Assembly (NCBI GenBank): GCA_016748015.1
Contig: JAAOMT010000626.1
Coordinates: forward strand, 6,382-46,131
Length of the DNA: 39,750 nt
Source: Geosiphon pyriformis uo1
Lineage: Eukaryota > Fungi > Glomeromycota
Direction: 5' to 3'
The notes beneath the pieces are model-generated. The model did not search any database and had not been told where the DNA came from. It saw only the letters and a list, made by a program, of their open reading frames with translations. This document shows positions 23,546 through 36,503 of this stretch, piece by piece (the first letter of the stretch is position 1; every line of letters starts with the position of its first letter). Made by a program: the position numbers and the translations under genes.

Positions 23546-24206
23546 TATAAGGTGAGTTTCACTAGGTATTGCACTTGTTTAAAGTTAAAACGTTAAAAAA
23601 TAAAAAAAAAAGATTTTTTGGAAGAAATTTGTGGCGATTTTTTAAGATAATTGTGGATCACCTCTATAATTATCTTGGACTTGTCACATGCACATTTTTC
23701 TTCTTAAATAATCACAAATACAAACTTGATCATGTGACAATACTCATATATACATGTCTTTTTTTATAGATGACTTATTTACAACAAAGTCCTTCATTCT
23801 TCATTCCTGTCCTCCCTCTTGCTCTCTCTCTTCATTCCTATGTAACTTTTTCAAGGTGGGTTTCGCTGGGTATTGTACTTGTTTAAAAGTTAAAACGTTA
23901 AAAAAATAAAAAATAAAAAAAGTAAAAAAATAAAAAAAGTAAAAAATAAAAAAAGTAAAAAATAAAAAATAATAAAAAAAAAGATTTTTTCGGAAGGAAT
24001 TTGTGGTGATTCTTTAAGATAATTGTGGATCACCTCTATAATTACCTTGGACTTGTCGCGTGCATATTTTCTTCTTAAATAATCACAAATACAAACTTAA
24101 TCATGTGACGATACTCATATATACATGTCTTTTTTTTATAGATGACTTATTTACAACAAAAGTCCTTCGTTCTTCCTTCTTGTCCTTCCCCTCTTTCCGT
24201 TCTTAT
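23527..24206. repeat. Direct tandem duplication (~295 bp and ~385 bp copies)
   Basis: Copies start at ~23527 and ~23822 and share e.g. AAGATAATTGTGGATCACCTCTATAATTA. Copy 2 has an expanded A6-7T/A7GT tract. Confidence 0.9.
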
Positions 24207-25843
24207 GCAAAATATTTGTGAATATTTACAATATTTAATAATATTCTGAGCATTTTAACAAGTCAGTTTTCTATCTCTTTTGGCAATATGATTATGCCAA
24301 GTTGCGACTTGAAAACTGCTAGTGAAAAAGCTTCAAAATCCAAAAATTCTCCTTTCGAGTTATTTAGGCATCTAAGCCTCGTTTTTGGAATTGTAAAATA
24401 ATAAATTTTAGGTTGTCTTGAAGTACCAAGCATCAAAGTTGTAGAAACTTCGGTTACAAAACTTAAAAAGGGGTATATTGTTTGATACAGAAATTTTCAA
24501 AGCACTTGAGGCTTGTGTTCCAAGGATAAATCAATTAAAATTTCTGGGATTTAACTATCTTTAATCTGTGACTTTGTCTAAAAGAATGTTGCAAATTTTT
24601 TTAAAGGATCTCTTTATATTTCTCAAAGCAATTCATTAGGATGTGTTTTAGTTAAAAGGCGGCCAACAACACGAACCAAAAATTTATTGGGTAAAACAAT
24701 GTTTTCAAACAGTTTGGTGATTCAAGAAACACAATCTTTATAAAAACACCAAATTCGGTAGTTGAATATGGTATTTAATATAGCAGTACAAATTGATATT
24801 TTATTGATAAGTAGCAATAAAATCAAATATTATATTGGTTATTACAAATAACAGAACTGTTTAATTAAAATTGATTTTAATTCTAGCTTTGTTTAAAATT
24901 GGGTTAATTGAATTGTTTAAAACTTTGTTAAAATTATACTTTGTTAAAAATTAAACTTACTATGTTTGTTTTTATTATGTAATTAATTTATTTGTTGAAT
25001 ACTCTTTTTATTTAATTCTAATATTATTTTGAAAAACAATAATGTCAAAGTGGTTCAAAAATCTATTGATATGGTGTTTGTTTTATGACAATACACAAAT
25101 GTGTAGTAACTGCTTTTATAATAAAATATAAAATACTCTAATTAATTTTTTTATCAAGAAATTATTATTTTTTTTAATTAATATTTGCGATTTTAAATTT
25201 TTTGGTTTATTAATAATAATCTTAATATTTAGCCAAAATTCCAATTATTTTCTTAATAATAGCTACAAATTTTTTAAGATTATAAAATTGAAAAATTATT
25301 AGTGTTACAATTTAAATAAAAAATTAATCATATAATTTATTTTTTTCGTACAAAGTAAACAAATTTATAAATATTCAGTAAAATAATTTTTGGCATGAGC
25401 AATTTATTTATTTTTATTATTTTGAGTTTGAATGCTTATTTATAAAATCCGCTTATAAAAAAAAATGAACAAATATTTTTAATAATTAAAAAATATTGAA
25501 GTATATATTGAAACATAAATTGCAATACAATTATAAATTTTATAAATATAATGATAATAATTTTTAATACCTTTCAATTATTTTTGCATATATTACATGT
25601 ATTAATAAATTTTTTTATTATACTTTTTAGTATCCAATTATATTGAGTAATTATTTTTAAAAAATTAATATATTGTAATAACAATATTATTAATATTTTA
25701 ACAATAGATTATAAATTAATAACTTACAGCTTTATTTGTTTTATGATAATTCGTATGTTGTAATTCTTGTTGCAATTTTCAATAATAAAATACAGATATT
25801 TTTTTTAAAAATTATTTCAAAAGTTTTCTTTTTTAATTATATA

Positions 25844-25844
<1 letters not shown>

Positions 25845-25880
<36 letters not shown>
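25845..25880. repeat. (ATT)12 microsatellite
   Basis: Read directly from the sequence. Confidence 0.9.
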
Positions 25881-25882
<2 letters not shown>

Positions 25883-26223
25883 ATATTATATATTGTTTAG
25901 ATAAAAATTCAAATATTATGATTATAGAATATAAATAAAAAATTTCAAAGAATAAAATTACATACTGATAAATTTATTAATTAATGAAAGATGTTTATTT
26001 TTGCTAAATTATAAAGTATAATATGCATTTATTTATACAAAACAAATTTAATAGGATCAATGCATTTTTGAAGATAATTATGAATAGATAATAAAATAAA
26101 TAAATATAAATAAACTGCATAAATTTTTTTAATGATTAATTATTAACGTAAATTTTTAATATATTGTATAATAATTAATTCAATGGATTAGCCGATTGTC
26201 ATTTATAAATTAGATAAACTAAC

Positions 26224-26610
26224 CTCAATTATTTGTAAACTTAAGACACGACTTGTATAAATTATTCCTGGATGAATTTTTATCATTGTTGTTGTTTTTG
26301 TTAAAGCTTTTGTTGTCGTATTATTTTTTTACATTTTTCATAGGTGTTTCTCTGATTCAAAAAACTGTACTCTTTCAGGACTCATAATTTTCCAATACAT
26401 CTTCTTAAGTTTATTCAACTCCTACAAAATTCTTCCACAGTAGAACGATTCTCAGGATTAACATACCAACAATTTTCATTGATTTTGACAATAAAAGGTT
26501 GAATAAGGTGGGAGATAATTTCAGGTCTAATACCCTTCCTGTTGCTAATTCCCAAAATAACATGGAAAAACTATAAATATTACTTTCTGTAAACTTTTCT
26601 CCTCATAAAA
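26224..26610 (-). pseudogene. Degraded TKL kinase C-lobe fragment, paralog of 28137-29744
   Basis: Manual minus-strand translation: GEKFTESNIYSFSMLFWELATG / GIRPEIISHLIQPFIVKINENCWYVNPENRST / TTTMIKIHPGIIYTSRVLSLQIIE, followed by a GTTAGT donor. Contains stops, frameshifts and an internal deletion. Confidence 0.88.
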
Positions 26611-28136
26611 AATGTGTATAGATTATTTTTAAAATAGGGTCTTTCTGAAGCTTTATTTAATAGTACGTTTTTAAAAGTAATATTTTAAAGGCGGAGTTAG
26701 CACATGTATTATGTTGTTTCTCTATTTTTTACATTGTTTAACAAATCAGTTAATAAAATCATTAATTCATTCATTAACCATAAAAAATGTCTTGATTTAT
26801 CAAATAATGTTAAAATTAATGAATAAATCAAATTATTAATGACTTAAGTGACTATAGGGCACAAAGATACCAAAAAAGTTTGCCTAAGCGAGTAGTTCTA
26901 TTTTTTGTAGAAGAACAACAGCAAAAACAACAACAATAACAATGAAAGCTTAAATTTAATATGACGCATAATCTCCTTCCACCACCGATTTCTTTATTCA
27001 CCATAAAATTTGAACTGTGAAATTTTTGAGTACTTTTTGGCACAGCGGTTACCTCAATGCAACTTATCAATCAAACCTCTAACATAAAATAGTGTTTATA
27101 AACCTTTGGAACAATTACACAATGTGCAAATAGTATGGTCAATTCCTATGCCTAAAAAGGTGTAAAAAAACTAAAAGTTAAGTAAATTTTTAATTAATTA
27201 TCATTTAAAAACCTTTTATCGAAAATGGGCTTATAAAAAACTAATGAATGATTAAATTGAACTTGAAAAAATCAAATTTAATATAAGCATATAATATTAA
27301 ATTTAAAACTATTTTCATTATAAAGTAATAAATGTATATATATATTTGAAAAGTCAAATTTAAATAATATTTATATTTAAACTGAAATATTTTATTTAAA
27401 AAATTATTATTTAATTCAAAATAAGTTAAACTGTTAAACATCAATAATATTTTTTGATTTACCAAATTAATAAATAAACAAGAAAAGTGAAAAAACAAAT
27501 TTGGAAGTTTCAACTTTCCATTAAAATTTATTTCATCAAGTTTTCAACAAATTTTAATTCTAAAGATGATAATTATTAAGATTAGGAATATGTACATCAA
27601 AGTAATTTTAATATTTCTTGATCAATAAAATACATTTCGGCTTAACAGAAAGCAATTTTAAATTACATATATTCAAATGGTAAATTAGTGGTTAATTTTT
27701 AATATCTCTAACTCTTTTATGTATTAGTTCAAATTTAGTTTAGAGAGAAACTGAGAGCTAATAAAAACAAGAAATTAATGTTTTGGTGCAACGTCACACA
27801 AAGCCTAAATCGTTTTTATCATTATTATTGTTGCTGTTCTATAAATAAATTCGAAATACTTGCTTGTTTGGCATCCTTATGTATTATAGCTACTCAAATT
27901 TTTTCATGGTTAAACCTATTTAGTATGATTTGTAGCGAATCACAGTCTGATGAATAAGTTTAATAAATTGTATTGTTTCTTCTATGCGAACATAGAAGAA
28001 ACAACATAAATAAGAACTCGCCTTTAGACAAATAACTTTCTAAACTTACTATCAAATAAACCTTTAAAGAAACTCTCTTTGGATAATAACACTTATTCAC
28101 ATTTTTTCCTTTTTATCCTTTGTCTTTATCCATATC

Positions 28137-29744
28137 ATGGAAAACAAAGAAATTAATAGTTATCGTCCAGATGCTCATGATTGCAACCTGTGTAAAGAAT
28201 GTCAATGGAGTATTAAAGATAATGGTGATAATGAGTGTAGAGCATGCTAGTTCATATTTTTTGAAAAACTTTATAAAGACTTTTCAAGCGGCAATGAAGA
28301 AGTGGATGAAATAATTAAGAATCCAATCTATATTCCACCTGGAAGTGAATATAATTATGATAAAGTGAAATACTATGAATGGATTCCATGGGAACATTTG
28401 TCGAATATCCACAAAATTGCTAGAGGAGGGTTTGGTATAATTTATAAAGCAACCCTAATTGATGGATTAATTGATATATCGAGTATGAAACATCATGGCG
28501 AAATGGAATATAAAAGATGGAGAGTAAGAGAAGAAGTAGCAATAAAAATTATACCAATTAACACAGTTCAGAAGTGTTTAAAGAGGTAAACAACCTATTA
28601 TTATTATTTATATTCAATTCATATTTACCTATTGTTTATTTATTTATTCATTTATTCACCTTATATTATCTATTTACTTTTTACATTGTGTTGTGATAGT
28701 TAAATATTCAAAGAGCTATGTTTATTAAGAATGGTAATCTATACATCAATAAAATCTCTTCAATATGGGGAATTACGCAAAACGCTGAAACACTGGAGTA
28801 TGGAATTTTAATGGGCTTTGCCAAACATGGAGACATGAGAAAATATTTATCAATAAATTTTCATTCTACAAGTTGGTCTGATAAATTATTAATCGCGTAT
28901 GATATAGCTTCTGGACATGCAAAAATTCATTCTGCTGGTATGATTCATCGCGACCTACACTCGGGAAATATCTTGCAATATTACTTTTCTGCAGTACAAA
29001 TTGGAGACCTAGGATTATGTCAATCAGTAAACCATGAAGCAACAACAACAACAACAACAACAGGAAAAGCAAAAAAGAAAAAAAAGATATATGGAGTGAT
29101 TCCATACATTTCACCAGAAGTTTTAAGAGGAGAAAAGTTTACAAAAAAGGGTGACATTTATAGTTTTAGCATGTTATTATGGGAATTAGCAACAGGAAAG
29201 CCTCCATTTTATGATTGTTCTCATGATCATATTCTTATAATGGGTATTTTAAATGGTCAAAGACCTAAGATTACCTCTCCACTTATTCCACCTTGTTTGG
29301 TAGAAATAATTGAAAAGTGTTGGGATCCTAATCCTGAGAATCGTCCTACTGCGAAAGAAGTTGACGCGGTGTTGAGGAAACTTGAGCCCTCGAATGCCGA
29401 GTTTTCAGAATCAAATAACTACGTCTGGGAAATGGTAGAAGGCGATGACTCAACAACAACAACAACAACAACGCCAACGCCGCTTCATCCAGGAGCAGTT
29501 TATACAAGTCGTCTTTAAACTTTGCAAATAATTGAAGAGACAAAAGGTTAGTTATCTATTTTTATATTGATTCATTAGTTTATTGATTAATTTAATTATT
29601 ATATATAGTATATTAACAATTTACTTTATATCAATTTATAAAAGAATTTGTCTATATCCCTGAAGGTAAGAGTTATAAAAGTTAGAATATAATTATATAT
29701 ACTCTTATTTATTTTATTATCTATTATATTTAGAAAACTCTTAA
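28137..29744 (+). pseudogene. Tyrosine-kinase-like (TKL) protein kinase, 4 predicted exons, probably disabled
   Basis: Exons 28137-28585, 28700-29546, 29645-29665 and 29734-29744 (GT-AG introns). Motifs ARGGFG, VAIK, HRDLHSGN, GDLG, PYISPE, DIYSFSMLLWE. In-frame TAG at 28248, frameshift near 28560, TAA at 29516. Confidence 0.85.
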
Positions 29745-31042
29745 TAGATCTAATTGTGATCGCTCATCTTAATTTTCCGTTCGTGAATTATTATTATTTT
29801 GATTAGTTAAACTTTTTATAAGTGATATATTTAGATAGCTTTTATGATATTTAAAAATCTAAATTATATTATCTATAATGTTTATTAAATTCATCATAAT
29901 ATATATATGTATGTATTTTTTAATTGCTTAAACATTTAGTATGATCCAACTGTTACTTAAATTTACATGTTCCATATTAAATACAGCTCATTCTTTTTTC
30001 TACACGTGATCAATCACCTGAGCCAATCAAAGATCACACTACTCTATTTTTAACGATTCATTATTATTAACAGAGAAGATTTATCCAATTAGTTATATTC
30101 AACACCAATTTTAAAAATTCCATGCTTACTAATTATAACTTTTTATTAATAACATAATTGACACATATCTATAAAATTTGTAAGGTTTAAAATTTGTTAT
30201 TTGTTTACTATATATTTTCAAAATTTGCTTTTTGTATTCATTATTATTGTAACTGTTTTTTCAAAATTAATCAAAATATTATTTAATAAAAAAAATTAAC
30301 TAACTTTATTTAAAATGTTTTGAACAGCTAAATAACTATATATTATTTATATTATGTTATTTAAAAAAGCTTTAATTGTAAAAAAATATAGTTCATTTGT
30401 TATATTTTCAATTCTACTTGTTTTTTAAAATAGCTTGTATATCTAATATGTATTTTAAAATATTTAGTTTATATTAATTTTACATAAATATAAATAAAAT
30501 ATATATAAAACAATCTTGTTTTAATTTTATACAAAAAGATTTTTTAAGTGTTTTTATTCTATTTAATTCTATATTTTTTACATATTTTAAAGAATTAATC
30601 ACAACTATTTATTTCAGACATTTTATATTAATAATTTTGTTATATAAATCAAACCTTTTTTAATATAACTCTTAGTATTAAGGAATTATTTTTTTAAGTA
30701 CTTTATATCTATTATAAACAATTAAAATACAATTTAACAAAATTTTAAATATTATCTTACTAATTGTTTTAATTAAAGCCATTTATTTTGTGTTTGTTTA
30801 TATTTTTTTAATTTGCATAATTTAAAAATTATTAATACTTATGTCTTTTTTTATATAAACAACATATTATTTAAAAAATTGTATTTTTTGCTTTTTTATT
30901 TTGGCTACTTCTTTCTTTCCTTTGTCCAAAATTCCCGAAAAAGAGTCAAAAGTTTTTTTGAAAGAAGTTTTTTACCATTCAGTACGATAAATCAAAACCG
31001 TTCTTCAATTACAAGGCCACTGTTGGCTCTGTTATTGCTGTT

Positions 31043-32830
31043 ATGAAAAAAACTACTAAAGTTTTTGGTTCTGAGAGTGGTTTTAAGGCGGTTGTATCAA
31101 GGAAAAAGAGGAAGGGAGGTACGTTAGTAGAGGGTGTTGATAATAAAGGGGTTGCTATTGAAGTTCCTGGTGGTTGTTCATGGGGTTCGGAGATTGGGGA
31201 CACTACTGAGTCTGAAAGTGTTGATATGAAAGAAGAGTGTCTGGTGGAGGAAACCAGCTTTGATTATGGTGAAGGTGGAGCTCTGGCTGGTGGAGATTAT
31301 GATCAGATGCCCATGAGTTTGAAGATTAAAACCAAAAAGGCATTGGGCAAGCCATTGGAAAAGATTGACTTCTCAAAAGATGGTAGTGATAATAGTGTTC
31401 TCTCGGATGCTCCTCTTGAGCTCCTTCCTCCTATGAAAAATTTGGTCAATGTTCCAGTCAGAAAGTCATTCGCGTTGGATATTGGCTTGGATAAGGTTGC
31501 TGGCAAATCTTCTCAGGAAAAGCTTGTAGTGGTGAGGAAATTATTTTCTGGTATTAATGATTTTGGGGGGGCATCTACCCCCTCAAAATTCTCAGAAATC
31601 ATCAGAGCGACATTCACTTCCAAATCAGGTCTAATAAAAGCCACTGAAAAGGCTACTGGTGCAAATATCATGGTAAACACCGATCTTAAAAGATCAGCTG
31701 GTCGCTCAGATCGGGCTGTGGTGTTGAAAAAAATTCCAGTTGGAACATTAGCTGAGGCTGTGCACGCTGCGCTCTCTGAGTTTGGGATAATTAAGTCAAT
31801 CAAGATGCAATTGGTGGGGCTGTGGCAGAAGGCTGTGGTAGAATTTGAGCAATCAGAACACGCTGATTTGGTCACGGCAGAGTGGTCAATCTTAATCGAG
31901 AAGGATGCTGTGTGGGTGGCTAGATCAGATTTGGACAAAGAATCATGGGATGCGAGGGACCAGCATAGGGTGCTGCTTTATACTCTGCCAATGGGTACGA
32001 CTGCTCATGACATCTGGGATTTTATTGGTTCTGTGGGTGGGAAGACGTGTGTTATTGATCATTATCCGGTTATGTATGCTAGGGCTAGATGTGCTGTTGT
32101 CTGTTTTGATTCTGCTGAATCATTGAAGGCCATCGTAGGAACCATGTCAGTGTTGAGGGGTGCCAATCTATGCTGGTCTTGTCTTGTTTTGACCAAGTGT
32201 GCCAAGTGTGGGAAATCAGGCCATACGTCATTGGGCTGTGCGATTGGTGGGAAAATTTCTTCAGGTTTGTCTTTGTGTAGAGTCCTGTCAAACACAGATA
32301 AAAGCAGATTGGCAGCCATTTATGCCAAGCGATCAGCTCCAGTTGCTCATCCAGTCTCTTTCAGTGGTCTCTTTTGGGCAAAAGTTGCTAATGGGTCTTC
32401 TTTTTCTCCTCTCTCTGGATGAAATGCTTCAGTGAAATCTGGTTCCTCTTTAGAGTTGGTGCCGTTCCTGCTGGTTTTAATAGAAGTCAATGATAGGTTT
32501 GCTGCTCTTGAGCACAGTCTCGCCAGCCTCGCGGAGCAGGTGGGTAAGCTGACTAAGAGGTTGGATGCACTTGGGCCAATGGTTCCCCAGCCGAACCCTG
32601 GATGTCAGCCGTTGATAACCCCTTCATCACAAAATCAAGGGGTGGATATAGTGATGAGTAAGGGTTCAGGTGCAGCCACTAGTGGTGAAATTGTTGCGAG
32701 AATAGTGTCTTTTGATGTATCTTTGGTATCCAAGTTGAAAGACAGCATGAAGTGTCTGATGGAAACAGTTCTGAGACTTTCAGCCAAAGTGAACAGTTTT
32801 GGGGTGGGTTCAAATTCTTTTTCTTCTTAA
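31043..32830 (+). pseudogene. LINE-B ORF1 (RRM-like x2, CCHC, coiled coil)
   Basis: Single frame with one internal TGA at 32420. CAKCGKSGHTSLGC knuckle; DRFAALEHSLASLAEQVGKLTKRLD heptads. Confidence 0.92.
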
Positions 32831-35721
32831 TGGACAGTCTGGTTTGGAATATTGCTACTTGCAACGTCAGAGGTATGAACAATCTTGCGAAACAGGATAA
32901 TGTCATTCGTTGGCATATGGAGAAGAACAATTTAGTTTCTATTTTTACAGAATCAAAGTTAAAAGGGAAAATTTGCCCATGGGTTGTCAACAAATATGAT
33001 GGTGTGCAGGTGTTTACCTCTGGTTTGGAATCTGAATATTTGGGTGCTGGTATTGCAGTCGTCATGAACTCTTCTTTAGTGAGACATGTGTGCAAAGTGT
33101 CAGAGATGCCTGGTTAGCTCTTGTCCATTAAGTTACTTTTCAAAAATAAACTTTTGGTGTCTATTCTGGGTCTGTACACTGGTGCTTCCTTAGCAGTTCA
33201 GTTCTCTCAGGCTGGTGAAATCAACTCTCTCATTGCAAAAGCTGTTAATGAATCTTCTTTCATTGTTCTCAATGGTGATTTCAATGAAGACGGTTCTTAC
33301 AAGTGTGCAAGTTTTAAAAAATGTCTGGATTTGGGTCTGGTTAATGCCTTGGGTGGGAGCTCCCATGGGAAATTGCTGACTTGGTCCAATTCTTGGGGCA
33401 TTGCTAAGACGATTGATTTTATGTTCATTTCTTCAAATCTGGTCAATGTAGTAGTGGGTCACGACGTGTTTGGCATTGGAGAATACTTTGATACTGATCA
33501 TCAGGCTGGTTTAGTGCTAGTGAGTTTGGGTGGTTTGCTCGATGTTCAGTTGAATTTTGTTCATAAGCAAGCAAATAGAGATCGCTGGAAGTACAATTGC
33601 AAAGATGCGGATGATGTTAAATGGGCCAAATTTAAGGAAGATACGGCGGGAAATACTGCTATGTTTCATGACAATTTTCTTGCAGCCAAGATCTGCTTGG
33701 ACTTAGATTCAATGTGAGTTGCTCTCCATAAAGTGATGTGTCTGTCTGCTGAAACAGTTTTCAAGAAAAAGTGGTTTAAGACATATGATAAAATTTTTAG
33801 CAAAGATTCATCCAAATTTCACAAGCTTGAGCTCTTGGTGTCTAAGTTAGTTAGAGCATCTCATATGGATTCTGCTGTGGAATTTGCATCCTTGCTCAAC
33901 AGATGGAAAGGTTTGGATTTGGTCAATGCTTCTGTAGTGAAGTCTCTCTTCCTATCAGGTTCCCACTTTAATGCTATTCAGTCAGTTTTGTCTATGGTCA
34001 AAAAGTCTTATCGCACATCCAAAATGTTGGAAGTGGTACAAGTTAGGGAATCTCAAATCAGATTGGCGATAGATAAGAAGATGGAGAGTTTCGAATTGGA
34101 CAAAGGTTATACTATTAGGAGTGTGTTGGAACGTCCTTTTCGCAAAGTAATTTTGGATCATCTGATTGTTGATGATGAGTTGGTTTTGGAGCTTGCTCTG
34201 GTAAAGGCCAAAGTAGATGCAGTCATGGAAGGATGGGCTAGGAAGTGCAATGTAGTTTCTGATGTTACTGGTGTCTGGGATCACCAATATTAGCCTTTAG
34301 AGTATGTTTTTGATGACGCTTTTTCTGGTGTAATGAGCCTAATTGATTTTGATGAGATGTCTAATGTTGTTTCGAACCTGCCTGATGGGAAAGCAGCTGG
34401 TTTCTCTGGTATCTTGAATGAGTTGTGGAAACATTGTGACAAATCAGTTTTGGATATGCTTTTAGTGCTTTTGAATGTTTGCTTGGAGCATGAATCTGTT
34501 TCTGGGCCTTGGAAAGAGGCTTGGGTGTTGATGATCCCCAAACCATATGAGTCGGAGAGTGTTCTCACAAATACCCATTCTATTGCTTTGGTTGAGACAG
34601 CTCGCAAAATCCTTTTTAAAGTACTTTCGGACAGAATTTTATCGGCTTGTAGTGTTTTTGACATTCTGAGGGGGGATAATTTTTCTGTTTTAAAAGGCAT
34701 GACCACACAGTCTCCTATTTTTGCTATTAGATCAGTCATTGAGGATGCTTTGGAGAAAAACTGAGAGCTATGGCTGGTCTTGCAGGACATGTGAAAGACT
34801 TATGATTCGGTTGGCTGGGAACATCTAAGGAAGAGCTTGGTCAGAATAAAAATGTGTAATAAATTCATTCAGTTTTTTGGTAGCATCCACAATGATTGGG
34901 TCAACAGAGTTATGACAGATTTTGGGTTAACTGATAGATATCGAGTACATGATGGTTTGGATCAAGGGGAGGTGTTTTCTCCTTTTCTCTGGCGCATATT
35001 TTATGATCCTTTTTTGTGTAAAGTCAAGAGACAAAAAAGTGTATGTGGATACAGGTTAGACTCTCATTTTGTTGCCAACACTAGTCACGTTGAATCTTGG
35101 ACTGGTTTGACTTCTTTTCTTGCTGCTGGTGCTTTCGTTGACAATACAATTTGGATTGGTAGCAGCCAGGCTGCCACCCAACATATTTTCAATGTTGCTA
35201 GTGAGTTTTTTCAAGTCAATGACATTTCGATCAATAATGACAAAACGGTGGCTATTTCCATTAATTGCAGAGTTTCCAGCCCTCATTTGTTGATCAGTGG
35301 TTTGCCTATTTTGATAGCCAAAAGGGGGGAGCCTCATCAGTACCTGGGTATCTTTCTGTCTACTGAGGGTTTGTCGAAGCCTAGCTTGGCTAAGGCACGC
35401 TTGGATGTCCGATTTTTCACCAACCTTGTTCTAAGAAAGGCTATCTCTGATAAGCAGTTCTCGTATTTAGTGTCAGCAGTTCTTCACCCCATAATTGCCT
35501 ACAGAACTCAGTTTAGTTTTGTTCCTATTAGTGTGTGTGCGAAATGGGACACTATGATTCGTAAAGGTTTGAAGTCCAAATCTGGCTTGCCGCTCGACTT
35601 TCCCAATAATGCTATTCATCATTCTTCTCTGTACAGGTTGAAATCTTTTGAGCAGGTCTAGACTGAGAGCAAGTCAATTGCTGTTGTTTGTTTTGCCAAT
35701 TCTGTGAGTATTTTAGGCCGC
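32830..35721 (+). pseudogene. LINE-B ORF2 (APE endonuclease and RT), cut by the Gypsy-B insertion
   Basis: IATCNVRG, GDFN, IDFMF, DTDH, GLDQGEVFSP, AFVDNTIW. One reading frame with six point stops. Confidence 0.94.
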
Positions 35722-36458
35722 TGTTACCAGTAGAATTTTAGCTATTAATTAGCATGAAATTTCCTTTATAATTCCTATCATTAATTAGCATATATTATTA
35801 TCGTTTCGAATTTCACTTATTATTTAATCAAATTAGCAATTATCATCATTTAATCAATAACCCGATTTGGACCATAGAAATTGAGATGATCAATTTACAC
35901 AATACCCTGAACCATATAACATAGCAAAAATTCGCCGAAATTAATGAAAATTGGCCGAAATAATTCATAGTTCAGCGAAATAACTTGTAGTTCGCCGAAA
36001 TGTATCTTTAGTTCACCGAAATTTTAGAAAAGAGAAAAAGTGCAAGTTCAAAGACTAGTACTACAACAAGTTGTATAAAAGAAGAGCTTCTCTCTTCAAG
36101 AAAATGTATCTTCTCATATCNNNNNNNNNNNNNNNNNNNNTTATCATAATCATTTGGGTAGCCTACAGACGAGATTCCTGTAGAAGAGTTGACTTTCACA
36201 GCAAAGTAACTACACATTTTTAGTGAGCTTCCAGACGAGCAATTCCTGGGAAAGAGTTTACATTTACTACAACGTAACTACATAAAGTAACTGGCACGGA
36301 ATTGGCCATTCCACTTATAAGCCCAGCGGTTCAAATCAAGGAGATAATTTGAAGATAAATTCAGTTATCGAAGGTTCAACTACTTCCTCTAGTCGTGAAT
36401 AAAACAGCAAAACAACATCAAAACCTTCAAGAAAAGAGACCAAAAACCTCCGGTAACA
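35722..36458 (+). repeat. Gypsy-B 5' LTR (contains a 20-N gap at 36121-36140)
   Basis: TGTTACC...GGTAACA termini. Phased repeats at 35931-36021. TATAAAA at 36074-36080. Confidence 0.95.
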
Positions 36459-36460
36459 TT

Positions 36461-36478
36461 TGGTGCTCCCCCACGGAA
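36461..36478 (+). promoter_or_regulatory. Primer-binding site TGGTGCTCCCCCACGGAA
   Basis: Starts 2 nt after the LTR end. Confidence 0.85.
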
Positions 36479-36503
36479 ACAACACAGCAACAACAACTTC
36501 AAA

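Larger units (their letters stand above)
30907..35721 (+). mobile_element. LINE-B: same family as LINE-A, intact 5' end, interrupted by Gypsy-B (3' part outside the window)
   Basis: 5' UTR, ORF1, APE and RT are all colinear with LINE-A. Confidence 0.95.

Noticed and set aside
23312-23596. Hydrophobic Leu/Phe/Ser ORF and its Lys/Glu/Arg antisense ORF
   Set aside because: Both are translations of the polypyrimidine tract.
24290-24780. Slightly GC-richer, coding-like segment
   Set aside because: The frames read manually contain frequent stops and no identifiable motif.
26852-27513. ORFs 26852-27070 and 27241-27513
   Set aside because: Non-ATG starts with low-complexity or AT-rich composition (the Cys run comes from a CAA repeat).
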